From Rubripirellula sp. (lineage in GTDB: Bacteria; Planctomycetota; Planctomycetia; Pirellulales; Pirellulaceae), in the NCBI GenBank assembly GCA_022425745.1, contig JAKMEW010000086.1, forward strand, positions 1 through 54,837: DNA of 54,837 nt. The letters run 5' to 3'. Shown here in pieces: positions 10,080-19,015 of the stretch (its first letter is position 1; every line of letters starts with the position of its first letter). A program made the translations under genes and the position numbers. The notes beneath the pieces are model-generated. The model made no database searches, was not told the origin of the DNA, and saw only the letters and a program-made list of their open reading frames with translations.

Positions 10080-11396
10080 CTATCGTGTTGCATCATCTCG
10101 AGTCACCACCGGCAAACCGACCGATGCGGTAGACAGATGATCGTTGGCGAAATCGTGATCATCCATCTGATCCGGGTCGCGGTAATTGGTTTGATCAAAA
10201 TGCTTACCGTACGTTCCAAAGTCATTGAATGCGTATCGCTTGGCCCAACGATAAACCAAACTGCGTTCTGGTATTTCATCACCGGGTTGAAACTGACTTC
10301 TCCTTGGAGTCACATGACGCAATTCCTCTAGAACACCGCCGCGAGCAGTCGTGTCGCGAGCCCCATGTTTCTCCGCAAGGTCAACCAACAAGTCTGGGCG
10401 TTCCATAATGACACAACCTCTAGTGTTCTGAGCGGTTAGCTCCCTAAAGTCCCGCAGGAATTCTGACTCGTTGAATGTCTCTGCCAACGGTTTTGAATCA
10501 TGAATCGACTCTTTAGCAAGCTGAATAACCGGACACGGCTCGAGATCGCCCCAGGGGCTAACGTGATGAGTGAAGCCAGTAGCAGCGGGGCAAAGCGCGT
10601 TTCCGGCGTCATCATGATAAGCGTCGATAACGATGATCGGCTTGGTCGCACGAGTATCGACCACAAACTGCCGCACTCTGCGTTGCTGCTCACTCGTTAA
10701 CGCAAGCTGCGGGTTCGGCTCAGGGCCAACTGGCCGGTAGATGTGGTACCAACAATACATCACACCCATTTCGATCAAACGATCTACCCAAGCGTCTTGG
10801 ACAAGATCATCCAAGTTGGACTGACACACACTCGTGCAAACACCAACAAGCAATTTGTGACGCAATGCAGTTTCGAGACCCTTCATGGTTTGATTCAGAA
10901 CACCGTCGCGTCCACGTCGCGTGTCACTAATGATCTCACTACCCTCGACGCTAATCAGGGGAGTCACATTCCCTAAATCTCTCAGCTTTGCCGCCACCTC
11001 ATCCGTGATGAAATGCCCATTGGTGAAGACTTGAAAATAAACATCACGGTTCGCTTCAAAGATCTTAAGCAGATCTTTGTGCATGAACGGTTCGCCACCT
11101 AGAATCCCAAAGAAACTGTTGCCCATCGCTTTGGCCTGAGCAATCGTGCGGTTAGCCGCATCCACCTCAATTCGATGCTGCTTAGCACCCACATCGACCC
11201 AGCATCCTTGGCAACGCAAGTTACAGCTATTGATTACCGAAAGGTAAAGAAACGGGGGAAAGAACTCGCCGCGTTTCAGTCGGCGTTTGTGCTGATGCAC
11301 ACTCCACAATCCCCGAACACCGAGAGTCCAAGCGGCTTTAAATAGTAAACGCTTGTCCGTCTCAACTACCAGTCGGCGAGCAAGGCTAAAATACAT
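10080..11396 (-). CDS. Radical SAM protein with SPASM/twitch-like C-terminus
   Basis: CNLRCQGC (CxxxCxxC), GGEPF, FTNG; C-terminal CPAA...GDLEPCP...GC. Start moved to ATG 11396 (track gives 11468). Confidence 0.9.
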   Translation of the reverse strand: MYFSLARRLVVETDKRLLFKAAWTLGVRGLWSVHQHKRRLKRGEFFPPFLYLSVINSCNLRCQGCWVDVGAKQHRIEVDAANRTIAQAKAMGNSFFGILGGEPFMHKDLLKIFEANRDVYFQVFTNGHFITDEVAAKLRDLGNVTPLISVEGSEIISDTRRGRDGVLNQTMKGLETALRHKLLVGVCTSVCQSNLDDLVQDAWVDRLIEMGVMYCWYHIYRPVGPEPNPQLALTSEQQRRVRQFVVDTRATKPIIVIDAYHDDAGNALCPAATGFTHHVSPWGDLEPCPVIQLAKESIHDSKPLAETFNESEFLRDFRELTAQNTRGCVIMERPDLLVDLAEKHGARDTTARGGVLEELRHVTPRRSQFQPGDEIPERSLVYRWAKRYAFNDFGTYGKHFDQTNYRDPDQMDDHDFANDHLSTASVGLPVVTRDDATR

Positions 11397-11675
11397 CTGT
11401 TTATCACCATTTTTACAAACTACGGTCAGCCGCATGTGCGTTTCGATCGTTCGACCGAGGCGGGTCAACCTTCACGAACTGTTGGATCGAAAAATCTACG
11501 CGTCAAGCGAACGCTGCTCTATTATGGCAGAGTCACCGACTGGAGATAGCACCGGATTTCGTTTTCTTCTCAACTTCGGCAGCATGATTGCCAAGGCTGC
11601 AAGAGTCTTTTGAGAACAATTAAACCGTTGTGCAACTCAATCTTCGGCGAAGGTGGTAAAGACGCTGCCACGAGC

Positions 11676-11715
11676 AAAAAAAACCGGCGTTTGCCAACTA
11701 GAGGCAACCGCCGGT
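11676..11715 (-). terminator. Rho-independent terminator of the 11761-12201 gene
   Basis: Stem ACCGGCG/CGCCGGT plus TTGCC/GGCAA, next to A8 (11676-11683), which reads as a U-tract on the minus strand. Confidence 0.75.
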
Positions 11716-11760
11716 GATTCGATCTGATCACGTGTCATCGTAATCAAAACGCACTTTAAC

Positions 11761-12201
11761 TTACTTCTTTGCGAAAGCTTTCTTGAAAGCCTTGTCGTTG
11801 AAGACCAACTTCATCTTCGCAGCATCGTCTGAAGCGCTGGTGAACTTGCCTTTGCAATTGTTGCAGCAGAAGGCAACTTTAGTGCCAGCGAGTTCGACTG
11901 CCGTGCTCTCATTCAAATCGCCACCGCTGAATGGACAAGCCTTTTGAGCAAATTGCTTGGTAGAAACCAGTTGATGGTTTGCCTTCTCAGCAAATTTTGC
12001 GGTGTTGGCTTTGAATTTGCCAACGCAACCGCCGCAGCACATGTAAACCTTGCCGCCCTTGTAATCAACTGCCTTGGATGCATTGGCAGCCTTAGGTGCA
12101 ACGACGCACTTGACGCCTTCGAGATTGACTTCAGCAGCGACAACAGTGGCTGCTGCAATAAGGAGGACGGCAAGGCCGCTAACAGCTTTCTTAATCATCA
12201 T
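11761..12201 (-). CDS. Secreted protein with two YHS/TRASH-like Cys motifs
   Basis: Signal peptide MMIKKAVSGLAVLLIAAATVVAA with GGGGA just upstream of ATG 12201; repeats KC...YMCCGGC and ACP...AFCCNNC. Confidence 0.8.
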   Translation of the reverse strand: MMIKKAVSGLAVLLIAAATVVAAEVNLEGVKCVVAPKAANASKAVDYKGGKVYMCCGGCVGKFKANTAKFAEKANHQLVSTKQFAQKACPFSGGDLNESTAVELAGTKVAFCCNNCKGKFTSASDDAAKMKLVFNDKAFKKAFAKK

Positions 12202-12333
12202 AAAATCCCCATGGGAACGAGTTGTACAACGCAACGGCGACTCAAACACAACATTGTCACCGGTACGAATCGGCGTCAAGATGTGTTTGGTTGGAACAAC
12301 TGTCGTTCCAACATGTTTCGGTGCGTAGGTATT

Positions 12334-12885
12334 TTAGCGGTTTGGCAACTCCAAAAGCATCCCCAGGTAACTTCGGTTCTCGTTTTTTTCGAGACCCAGC
12401 TGAATTCCCTGACTTTTGATCAACTCTCGGGCCGTTTCGACCAAGGAAACATCTGCAATGACTTTCTCGATTTCGGCAAAACAGCCCAGTGATTCGACTT
12501 GATCAATCACCAAAGTGGTCTCGACATCGGATAAAAAGAACACCCTCCTTGTCTTTTGCACGGTGGCTACTTCTTCAAAACCAAGAACGTTCAATAATTC
12601 CATCATATGGCTGCCATCACGATCTCCAGGATCCAATCTCCACTCCAGTTCCTGTCTCGCCTTCACATCACCTGGCAGCTTCGGCCCTTTGTAAGTAACC
12701 ATTGGATCATTATTGACTCGGCGAATTCGTAACGCTTCACCACTTTCGCGAAAATCACGACAAGGGTGCGCGTAGTAAGTATCGACATGAAACTCTTCGT
12801 CTTGCTCGGATGCGTTGATCCGTTCCAATTGCCGTATTAGCCGCGATGCATCTTCCACGCGGTATTTTTGCTCTATCTCCAACAA
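12334..12885 (-). CDS. cyaB: CYTH-domain triphosphate tunnel metalloenzyme (class IV adenylate cyclase-like)
   Basis: N-terminal EIEQK (ExExK), DTYY, ALRIR, TYKGP, RQELE, KTRR, FAEIE, SYL. Confidence 0.85.
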   Translation of the reverse strand: MLEIEQKYRVEDASRLIRQLERINASEQDEEFHVDTYYAHPCRDFRESGEALRIRRVNNDPMVTYKGPKLPGDVKARQELEWRLDPGDRDGSHMMELLNVLGFEEVATVQKTRRVFFLSDVETTLVIDQVESLGCFAEIEKVIADVSLVETARELIKSQGIQLGLEKNENRSYLGMLLELPNR

Positions 12886-12952
12886 AGCTACTTCCTCCCC
12901 AAGAAAAACACTGCCCGACTATCATTTCACGTCTTCGAATTAGCTCGTCTCA

Positions 12953-14017
12953 TCAAGCAACCGCGAGGAGCCCTTTCATATCGGCCGCAATTTGCCTCGG
13001 GTCCGCTGAGGCATTAATGACGTTGGAAACCGCTACGCGATTAAATCCAGCTTCAATCACATCCGTTAAATTCGAAAGATCGATGCCACCGATAGCGAAC
13101 GCGGGTATCGAAATTTCAGCTGCAACTTGCCGGAGCAATTCGACACCTACGAACTGGTCGAATTGCTTTGTTTGACTAGGAAATACTGGGCCACATCCGA
13201 TGTAATCGGCACCATCGACCGCTGCCTGCCTAGCTTCATCGAGATGATGAGTGGAAACACCAATCAAACGATTCGCCCCAACTATTTTCCTTGCCTCCAA
13301 CACAGGAAGCTCATCTTGACCCACATGAACACCATCCGCATCAGCTGCAACAGCTAAATCCGGCCGATCATTCACAATGAATAGCTTTCCCGCTTCACGT
13401 GCAATCTTCACTCCAATTTTTGCCCGATGCAATAAAATTCGATCACTTAAGCTGCGATCTCTAAGTTGAAAAAGATCAACCTCCGTCGTGATCAATTCAG
13501 TCATCCGCGTCTCGAATTGCTGATCCGAGACAGCCCCATCAATCAGGAGGTAAAGCAGGGAATCTTCGAGTTTTGATTTTGTGGGTTTCGTCGAGATTGC
13601 CAACTCCAGTTCCGCACACTCGGTATAGGCACGGTAACGAAGCCGCTCAAACTGTTTCGCTACGGAAGAATCGATGACCTTGCTGTATTCCTCAAGCACT
13701 CGCAAAGACTGTTGCACTCTTGCCGAGGCAGCTGCGACGACCGATCTCAAATCCTGCCTTGCGTACTCACCTTCGGATTCAATCTCTGTTCCGACATCAG
13801 ACGCCGTATCTCGTGATCGCAGCAAAGATTCTCTCGGGATCAGCTTTGCAATTTCCGCCAGATCGTGACGCAAATCCTTCATGCCTTCCGACCGCAAGGC
13901 ATCATTCAATACGAACCGAGCTGCTTCCTCAAGTGTCCGAAAACCTTCGTGCACGCGATTCAGAGAAGCATCAAGGACTCGAAAGATGGAATTAGGTTCA
14001 TCCATTGCTTTTATCAT
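12953..14017 (-). CDS. thiE: Thiamine-phosphate synthase with N-terminal ThiD2-like helical domain
   Basis: C-terminal QLRD, NDRPD, GVHVGQDE, GVSTH, GPVFPSQTK, AIGGI; N-terminal RVLDASLNR..EGFR.LEE / RDT.SDVG / LRVLEEY. Confidence 0.93.
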   Translation of the reverse strand: MIKAMDEPNSIFRVLDASLNRVHEGFRTLEEAARFVLNDALRSEGMKDLRHDLAEIAKLIPRESLLRSRDTASDVGTEIESEGEYARQDLRSVVAAASARVQQSLRVLEEYSKVIDSSVAKQFERLRYRAYTECAELELAISTKPTKSKLEDSLLYLLIDGAVSDQQFETRMTELITTEVDLFQLRDRSLSDRILLHRAKIGVKIAREAGKLFIVNDRPDLAVAADADGVHVGQDELPVLEARKIVGANRLIGVSTHHLDEARQAAVDGADYIGCGPVFPSQTKQFDQFVGVELLRQVAAEISIPAFAIGGIDLSNLTDVIEAGFNRVAVSNVINASADPRQIAADMKGLLAVA

Positions 14018-14261
14018 TCACTAGTAAAAATTGAACAGCTCATCCATTATTCAGCCTGCACCGGCGGTGGACGCTAAGATATGCAAATCAGTGAGGTCGG
14101 CCTTCGTCACACCCGCAGGCAAATCACACCATTTACGTGCACCGTAAACAAATGCCACGAGGCAAAAAATGGCTGACGGGATGGTAAGTCTGAATTTGAA
14201 TGTCGATCCGACTTTTTATCTTAGTCTGTCACAAAATTTAACCGCTAACTCACAAACGATC

Positions 14262-15056
14262 ATGAACATGAAGAACCTCTCCATCAGCAAGCTACTAACG
14301 ATTGGCATTTTTAGCTTTCTATTCACCGGACAAGCTAATTCGCAAAACGTCCCAGAACTAACCCCGAAGGTGCCAGCGATTCAACCTCGAGCGATCCAGT
14401 CCCAAAAGCGTCAACCGGCTCGAACGCCTCGAAAAGTGAATCCTGCATACCAGAATCCTGAGAACCCAGACCCGAATCTCCCAAACGTCCTGATCATTGG
14501 TGACTCCATCTCGATTGGCTATATGGTTCCCTTGCGAGAAAAACTGAAAGGGGTTGCCAATGTTTATCGGCCTCAGACCAACTGCGGCCCCTCGAGCAGA
14601 GGACTAGAGGAAATTAACGCGTGGATCGGCGATAGACGTTGGAGCCTCATTCAGATGAATCACGGATTACACGATTTGAAATACATGGGGCCCAAAGGTC
14701 AAAACCTTGCGGATCCAAAGGCTGATTCAAGTCATCAGCAAATCCCGCCTGACCAGTACGCAAAGAATCTTCATGAACTCGCTTTGCGGGTAAAGAAAAC
14801 TGGAGCCACCATCCTGTGGTGCGAAACAACACCCGTTCCCGAAGGAGCAGCCGGTAGGGTCGTCGGTGACAGTAAAAAGTACAATGCAATCGCAGAGAAG
14901 GTTATGTCGGAACACGGAATCAAAACGAATGGTCTTTTTGAGTTCGCCAGTAAGAATGTGCCGACTCGAGAAGCCAACGTGCATTACACGCCCGAAAATA
15001 GTGAAAAGCTCGCTGAGTACGTCGCAGGCGTGATTAAGGAAAACCTGAAGCAGTAG
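14262..15056 (+). CDS. Secreted SGNH/GDSL hydrolase
   Basis: Signal peptide from ATG 14262 (track gives 14169); block I GDSIS, block III NHGLHD, C-terminal NVHY. Confidence 0.85.
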   Translation: MNMKNLSISKLLTIGIFSFLFTGQANSQNVPELTPKVPAIQPRAIQSQKRQPARTPRKVNPAYQNPENPDPNLPNVLIIGDSISIGYMVPLREKLKGVANVYRPQTNCGPSSRGLEEINAWIGDRRWSLIQMNHGLHDLKYMGPKGQNLADPKADSSHQQIPPDQYAKNLHELALRVKKTGATILWCETTPVPEGAAGRVVGDSKKYNAIAEKVMSEHGIKTNGLFEFASKNVPTREANVHYTPENSEKLAEYVAGVIKENLKQ

Positions 15057-15133
15057 GGTGCCCAAAAGCTGTAGTAGCGGTTTTGGACCATATTATTAAA
15101 TGACACACTTAACTGAGGTCACACTTAGGTAGC

Positions 15134-15162
15134 TAGCCGAAAAGGACGAAAGCCGCTACTGT
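15134..15162 (+). promoter_or_regulatory. Possible sigma70-type promoter for tRNA-Arg
   Basis: TAGCCG-N17-TACTGT about 75 nt upstream of the tRNA; weak consensus match. Confidence 0.3.
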
Positions 15163-15236
15163 TACGCCTCACAATGAGCACGGCGTTCAGTGGCTGCGGA
15201 GCCAATCGATTGGCTCGCTTGCCTAGCGTTAACTCC

Positions 15237-15309
15237 GCCCGCGTAGCTCAGGGGATAGAGCACCGCTTTCCTAAAGCGGGTGTCGGAGGTTCGAATCCTC
15301 CCGTGGGTG
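15237..15309 (+). tRNA. tRNA-Arg(CCT)
   Basis: Cloverleaf: acceptor GCCCGCG/CGTGGGT, D arm GCTC/GAGC, anticodon arm CCGCT-TTCCTAA-AGCGG, T arm GGAGG-TTCGAAT-CCTCC. CCA is not encoded. Confidence 0.97.
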
Positions 15310-15325
15310 CTATTGAATCAAATCC

Positions 15326-15371
15326 AAAGGGGTCAGGACTCTTTTCTTTAATTAAGAGTCCTGACCCCTTT
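15326..15371. repeat. Perfect 18-bp inverted repeat (REP-like element or bidirectional terminator)
   Basis: AAAGGGGTCAGGACTCTT-N10-AAGAGTCCTGACCCCTTT between the tRNA and a convergent gene. Confidence 0.85.
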
Positions 15372-15381
15372 GTGCGTCTGA

Positions 15382-15912
15382 TTAGGTAATGTCGTCCTTC
15401 AACGGTAATCCCAAAAAGGTGCTCCAGCGTAGACCTTCCCACAAAACCACATCCTTCTCCACAAATACAGCGATGATTCGCTGCCGACTTTTCTCCTGCA
15501 GGACCATTTCATATTCCTGAAAAGAACTTCGGCGTTTGGACTCTCGGCAAATCACCCGCTCGATTGCAGCTAGGTCGATCAGCCTTCTCTTGGTAAACGG
15601 TCCGAATCCACTGACGTGCTCAAACCTGCCGCTCCTCCGATCAGCAATAAACTCCTCGCGATTAAAAGTGAGGTGTAAACCCATCACCACGAATCCGAGT
15701 GCGATCACCGAGCCTCCAGCAAAGATCGGCCAGTCGCGAAATACGGCCACCCCGGGAATGAACCAGATACCGATACCAAAACATGCGCTAAGTACTGCGA
15801 ATGGGATTCCAAAAACCCCGAGCCAAAGGTGCTCATGACGCAACACCAATCGATCTGGTTCCTCTTCGATCACCCAAGGAAGGCTGTCGGACGACTGATC
15901 ATTCTTATCCAT
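15382..15912 (-). CDS. Hypothetical membrane protein (2 TM plus soluble domain)
   Basis: Two hydrophobic segments followed by a beta-rich polar region; fills the gap. Confidence 0.75.
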   Translation of the reverse strand: MDKNDQSSDSLPWVIEEEPDRLVLRHEHLWLGVFGIPFAVLSACFGIGIWFIPGVAVFRDWPIFAGGSVIALGFVVMGLHLTFNREEFIADRRSGRFEHVSGFGPFTKRRLIDLAAIERVICRESKRRSSFQEYEMVLQEKSRQRIIAVFVEKDVVLWEGLRWSTFLGLPLKDDIT

Positions 15913-16116
15913 GCAAACCTATTCAACTCGACTCAAAACGGGGCAGGACTCATTTTTCACAAAACGTTCTTAACCTTTTTCGCGTCGTTATGCCTGAACA
16001 CTTGATCTTGTTCCTGCAAACAATTTCAATCAAAACGCCGTTTGACAATATCACACTTGAGGAAGAAGCCCCCTTTCGGGACCCCTTCAACCAACTGTTA
16101 GCAAAACCAATACGAC

Positions 16117-18936
16117 ATGAATACAGTTCGCAAATACATCTCGTGGATTTACCTAGGTTTGCTCTTCGCCTACGCGACCGTCAACTCCATTTGCGAGGCG
16201 CGAGAGTTGGCGTTAATCATTCGCAACGGAACAGTTATTGACGGAACCGGCGCCGCAAGATTCCAAGGCGACATTGGAATCCACAACGGTAAAATCGTCA
16301 AACTTGGCGATCTATCCGAACATACAGCAGAGAAGGAAATTGATGCGACCGGAAAGATCGTATCACCTGGCTTCATCGACATGATGGGGCAAAACGCAAC
16401 TCCAATGATTGACAATCCTCAATCCGGACTCAACCTTCTCAGCCAAGGAATCACAACCATCAATGCGGGAGAAGGCATCTCGGCTGCGCCTCTCGAATCC
16501 GAGCAAGAATACCGCGTGGGTTACACCACCATGTCCGAGTATTTTCAAAGATTGGACTCAGCCGGTATTCCGATCAATGTTGCGCAAACAATTGGTCACA
16601 CGCAAATCAGACGAATCATTCTCGGTGATACCGATAGGCGCCCCAGCAACACCGAGCTGGCAGCAATGCAAAAACTCGTCCAAGAGGCGATGGATGCGGG
16701 CGCAATTGGTTTATCTAGTGCACTTATTTATCCACCTGCAGTGTTCGCTCGCACAAAAGAGTTGAGTACTTTGGCAAACACGGCCGGTCGATCAGGTGGA
16801 AGATATTTCACTCATATGCGAAATGAAGGCGATCAAGTCCTTGAGGCGGTAGCAGAAGCAATTGAAATCGGTCGAGACGCGAATGCGCCGGTACATATTT
16901 TTCACCTCAAAGCTGCTGGCAAGCAAAACTGGGACAAGATGCCGCAAGTGATTCGCGAAATCCAAGAAGCAAGGAAGAATGGATTGGAAGTTACTGCGGA
17001 TATCTATCCCTACCTCCATAACGGCTTGGGCATCCTAGCCTTCATCCATCCACGTCACTTTGCCAACGGAAGAGAGCAGCTGATTGCGAAACTTGATGAC
17101 GCAAGCTTTCGATCCGAAGTTCAAAAAGAAATGGAGACAACATCTGGATGGGAGAATTGGTTTCGGCACGTTGGCAAAGACTGGAACCTTGTGATTGTCG
17201 GCAAAAGCAATCACCCACAATACACATCTAAAAATGGCTTAAGCATTGGGCAAATTGCTAAAGCTCGAGGCGAAGACCCATGGGATACATTCTTCAATTT
17301 GGCATCCGTCAACGCTTTTGTTTTGCCCGAAACCATGTCGTCAGAAAACAAACAACGACTGATCTCGGAACCGTTTGTTTCATACTGCACCGATGTCGGA
17401 CCAGCAGACACAGGACGTATCGCCTCGCACCCCCGGTCTTTCGGTTCTTTCCCAAGAGTTCTTCACAAGTATGCCATTTCCACGCCTGTAATCAGCCTAG
17501 AACAAGCCATTGAAAACGCGACATCCAAAGCTGCAAAGATCCTGTTTGCTGAGCAGCGCGGAGCGATCAAAGAAGGCTGGGCTGCGGACCTAGTCATCTT
17601 TGATCCGGAAAGGATTATGGATCTAGCAGATTTCAAAAATCCAAATCGAATGTCCAAAGGAATAGACATTGTCGTTGTCAACGGAGTGATCGCGTTTGAA
17701 AACCAAAAATACACAGGGACTCGAAGTGGGGTTTTATTGAGAGGCCCTGGATACAAAGAAACGCCCTCTCCAACCACTCCGTCCACCGAACTGAAGGTTA
17801 ATGGATTTGACAACTTCGAAAAATCAATGAAGCAATTCCTGAAGACTCATGCGATTCCCGGTGCATCGATCGCTGTGGCCAATGGTGGAAAATTAATTTT
17901 CGCTTCCGGGTATGGCTATAGTGACCTAGCCAAGAAGGAGCCCGTCACACCGAACAGTCTGTTCAGAATCGCAAGCCTGTCGAAACCGATCACAGCAGTC
18001 GCTGTCCTTCAACTCGCTGAACGAGGGCGAGTGTCTCTTGACGATTCAATTTACGAACGTCTTGAGCTACTTGATGATAGAGAAAGAACCACTGACCCTC
18101 GGCTGAAGCAAATCACGATAAAACACTTGCTTGAACACCGCGGTGGTTGGGATCGCGACCAATCCTTTGATCCCATGTTTCAGTCCACACGATTCGCGCA
18201 ACAACTCGACGTGCCATCTCCCGCGAATGCGGCACAAGTGATCCAAGCCATGATGTCACAACCGCTCGATTTCGCCCCCGGCGCGCGGTACGCCTACTCA
18301 AACTTTGGCTACTGCCTTTTGGGGAGATTGATCGAAACCACGACGAATCAAAAGTACGAAAACTACGTCATCGAGAATGTCCTCGCACCACTGGGGATCC
18401 AATCGATGCGACTCGGCAATACCAAGCTCCAAGAAAAAGCCCCCGGCGAGGTGCGGTATTATCATCCCTACCAGGGCAGATCCATCTTTCCTGATTCGAT
18501 CGGTGAACCGATTCCTTCGGCTTACGGCGCATGGTACCTCGAAGCGATGGATGCTCATGGAGGATGGATTGCTTCAGCCGAGGATCTCGCCAAATTCGCT
18601 TCCGCATTCGACAACCCCGACGCATGCCCAATCCTCAGTGGCAAGAGCATTGCTCTAATGCATCAAAGACCACCGGGGCTCGCTGGCGCTGATGCCAGCG
18701 GAAAGCCAAAAGATGTTTACTATTCCTTGGGTTGGAGTAATCGAGTGCTTCCCGGTGGAAAAATGAATCACTGGCATTCTGGTTCGTTACCTGGAACCAC
18801 GTCTATCATGATTAGACGACATGATGGAAAGAGCTTTGTTGGTATTCTCAACAGCCGAATTAGCCCCACGGGCAAATCATTGGGCCTTGAACTCGATCGC
18901 CTACTCCACAAGATGGTTAATGAGGCGAGATTTTGA
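16117..18936 (+). CDS. Secreted N-acyl-D-amino-acid deacylase-like amidohydrolase fused to a beta-lactamase-family serine hydrolase
   Basis: N-terminal half: IRNGTVIDGTG, PGFID, THMRNE, IFHLK, HPRSFGSFPR, G.IKEG.AADLVIFD. C-terminal half: ASLSK (SxxK), YSN, HSGSLPG. Confidence 0.9.
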   Translation: MNTVRKYISWIYLGLLFAYATVNSICEARELALIIRNGTVIDGTGAARFQGDIGIHNGKIVKLGDLSEHTAEKEIDATGKIVSPGFIDMMGQNATPMIDNPQSGLNLLSQGITTINAGEGISAAPLESEQEYRVGYTTMSEYFQRLDSAGIPINVAQTIGHTQIRRIILGDTDRRPSNTELAAMQKLVQEAMDAGAIGLSSALIYPPAVFARTKELSTLANTAGRSGGRYFTHMRNEGDQVLEAVAEAIEIGRDANAPVHIFHLKAAGKQNWDKMPQVIREIQEARKNGLEVTADIYPYLHNGLGILAFIHPRHFANGREQLIAKLDDASFRSEVQKEMETTSGWENWFRHVGKDWNLVIVGKSNHPQYTSKNGLSIGQIAKARGEDPWDTFFNLASVNAFVLPETMSSENKQRLISEPFVSYCTDVGPADTGRIASHPRSFGSFPRVLHKYAISTPVISLEQAIENATSKAAKILFAEQRGAIKEGWAADLVIFDPERIMDLADFKNPNRMSKGIDIVVVNGVIAFENQKYTGTRSGVLLRGPGYKETPSPTTPSTELKVNGFDNFEKSMKQFLKTHAIPGASIAVANGGKLIFASGYGYSDLAKKEPVTPNSLFRIASLSKPITAVAVLQLAERGRVSLDDSIYERLELLDDRERTTDPRLKQITIKHLLEHRGGWDRDQSFDPMFQSTRFAQQLDVPSPANAAQVIQAMMSQPLDFAPGARYAYSNFGYCLLGRLIETTTNQKYENYVIENVLAPLGIQSMRLGNTKLQEKAPGEVRYYHPYQGRSIFPDSIGEPIPSAYGAWYLEAMDAHGGWIASAEDLAKFASAFDNPDACPILSGKSIALMHQRPPGLAGADASGKPKDVYYSLGWSNRVLPGGKMNHWHSGSLPGTTSIMIRRHDGKSFVGILNSRISPTGKSLGLELDRLLHKMVNEARF

Positions 18937-19015
18937 ATCGATTACAAAGCGTCGATTTTTGATAGTGAAGATAGATTGGGCGCCAACGACTAGATCCCGT
19001 AGACACCAAATTAGG

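Noticed and set aside
14018-14261. TPP riboswitch upstream of thiE
   Set aside because: No CTGAGA or CCTGA...AGGGA core on the minus strand.
15073-15160. Hammerhead ribozyme (CTGAG...GACGAAA plus closing stem)
   Set aside because: The core is CTGAGGT rather than CTGANGA, and no stem I can form.
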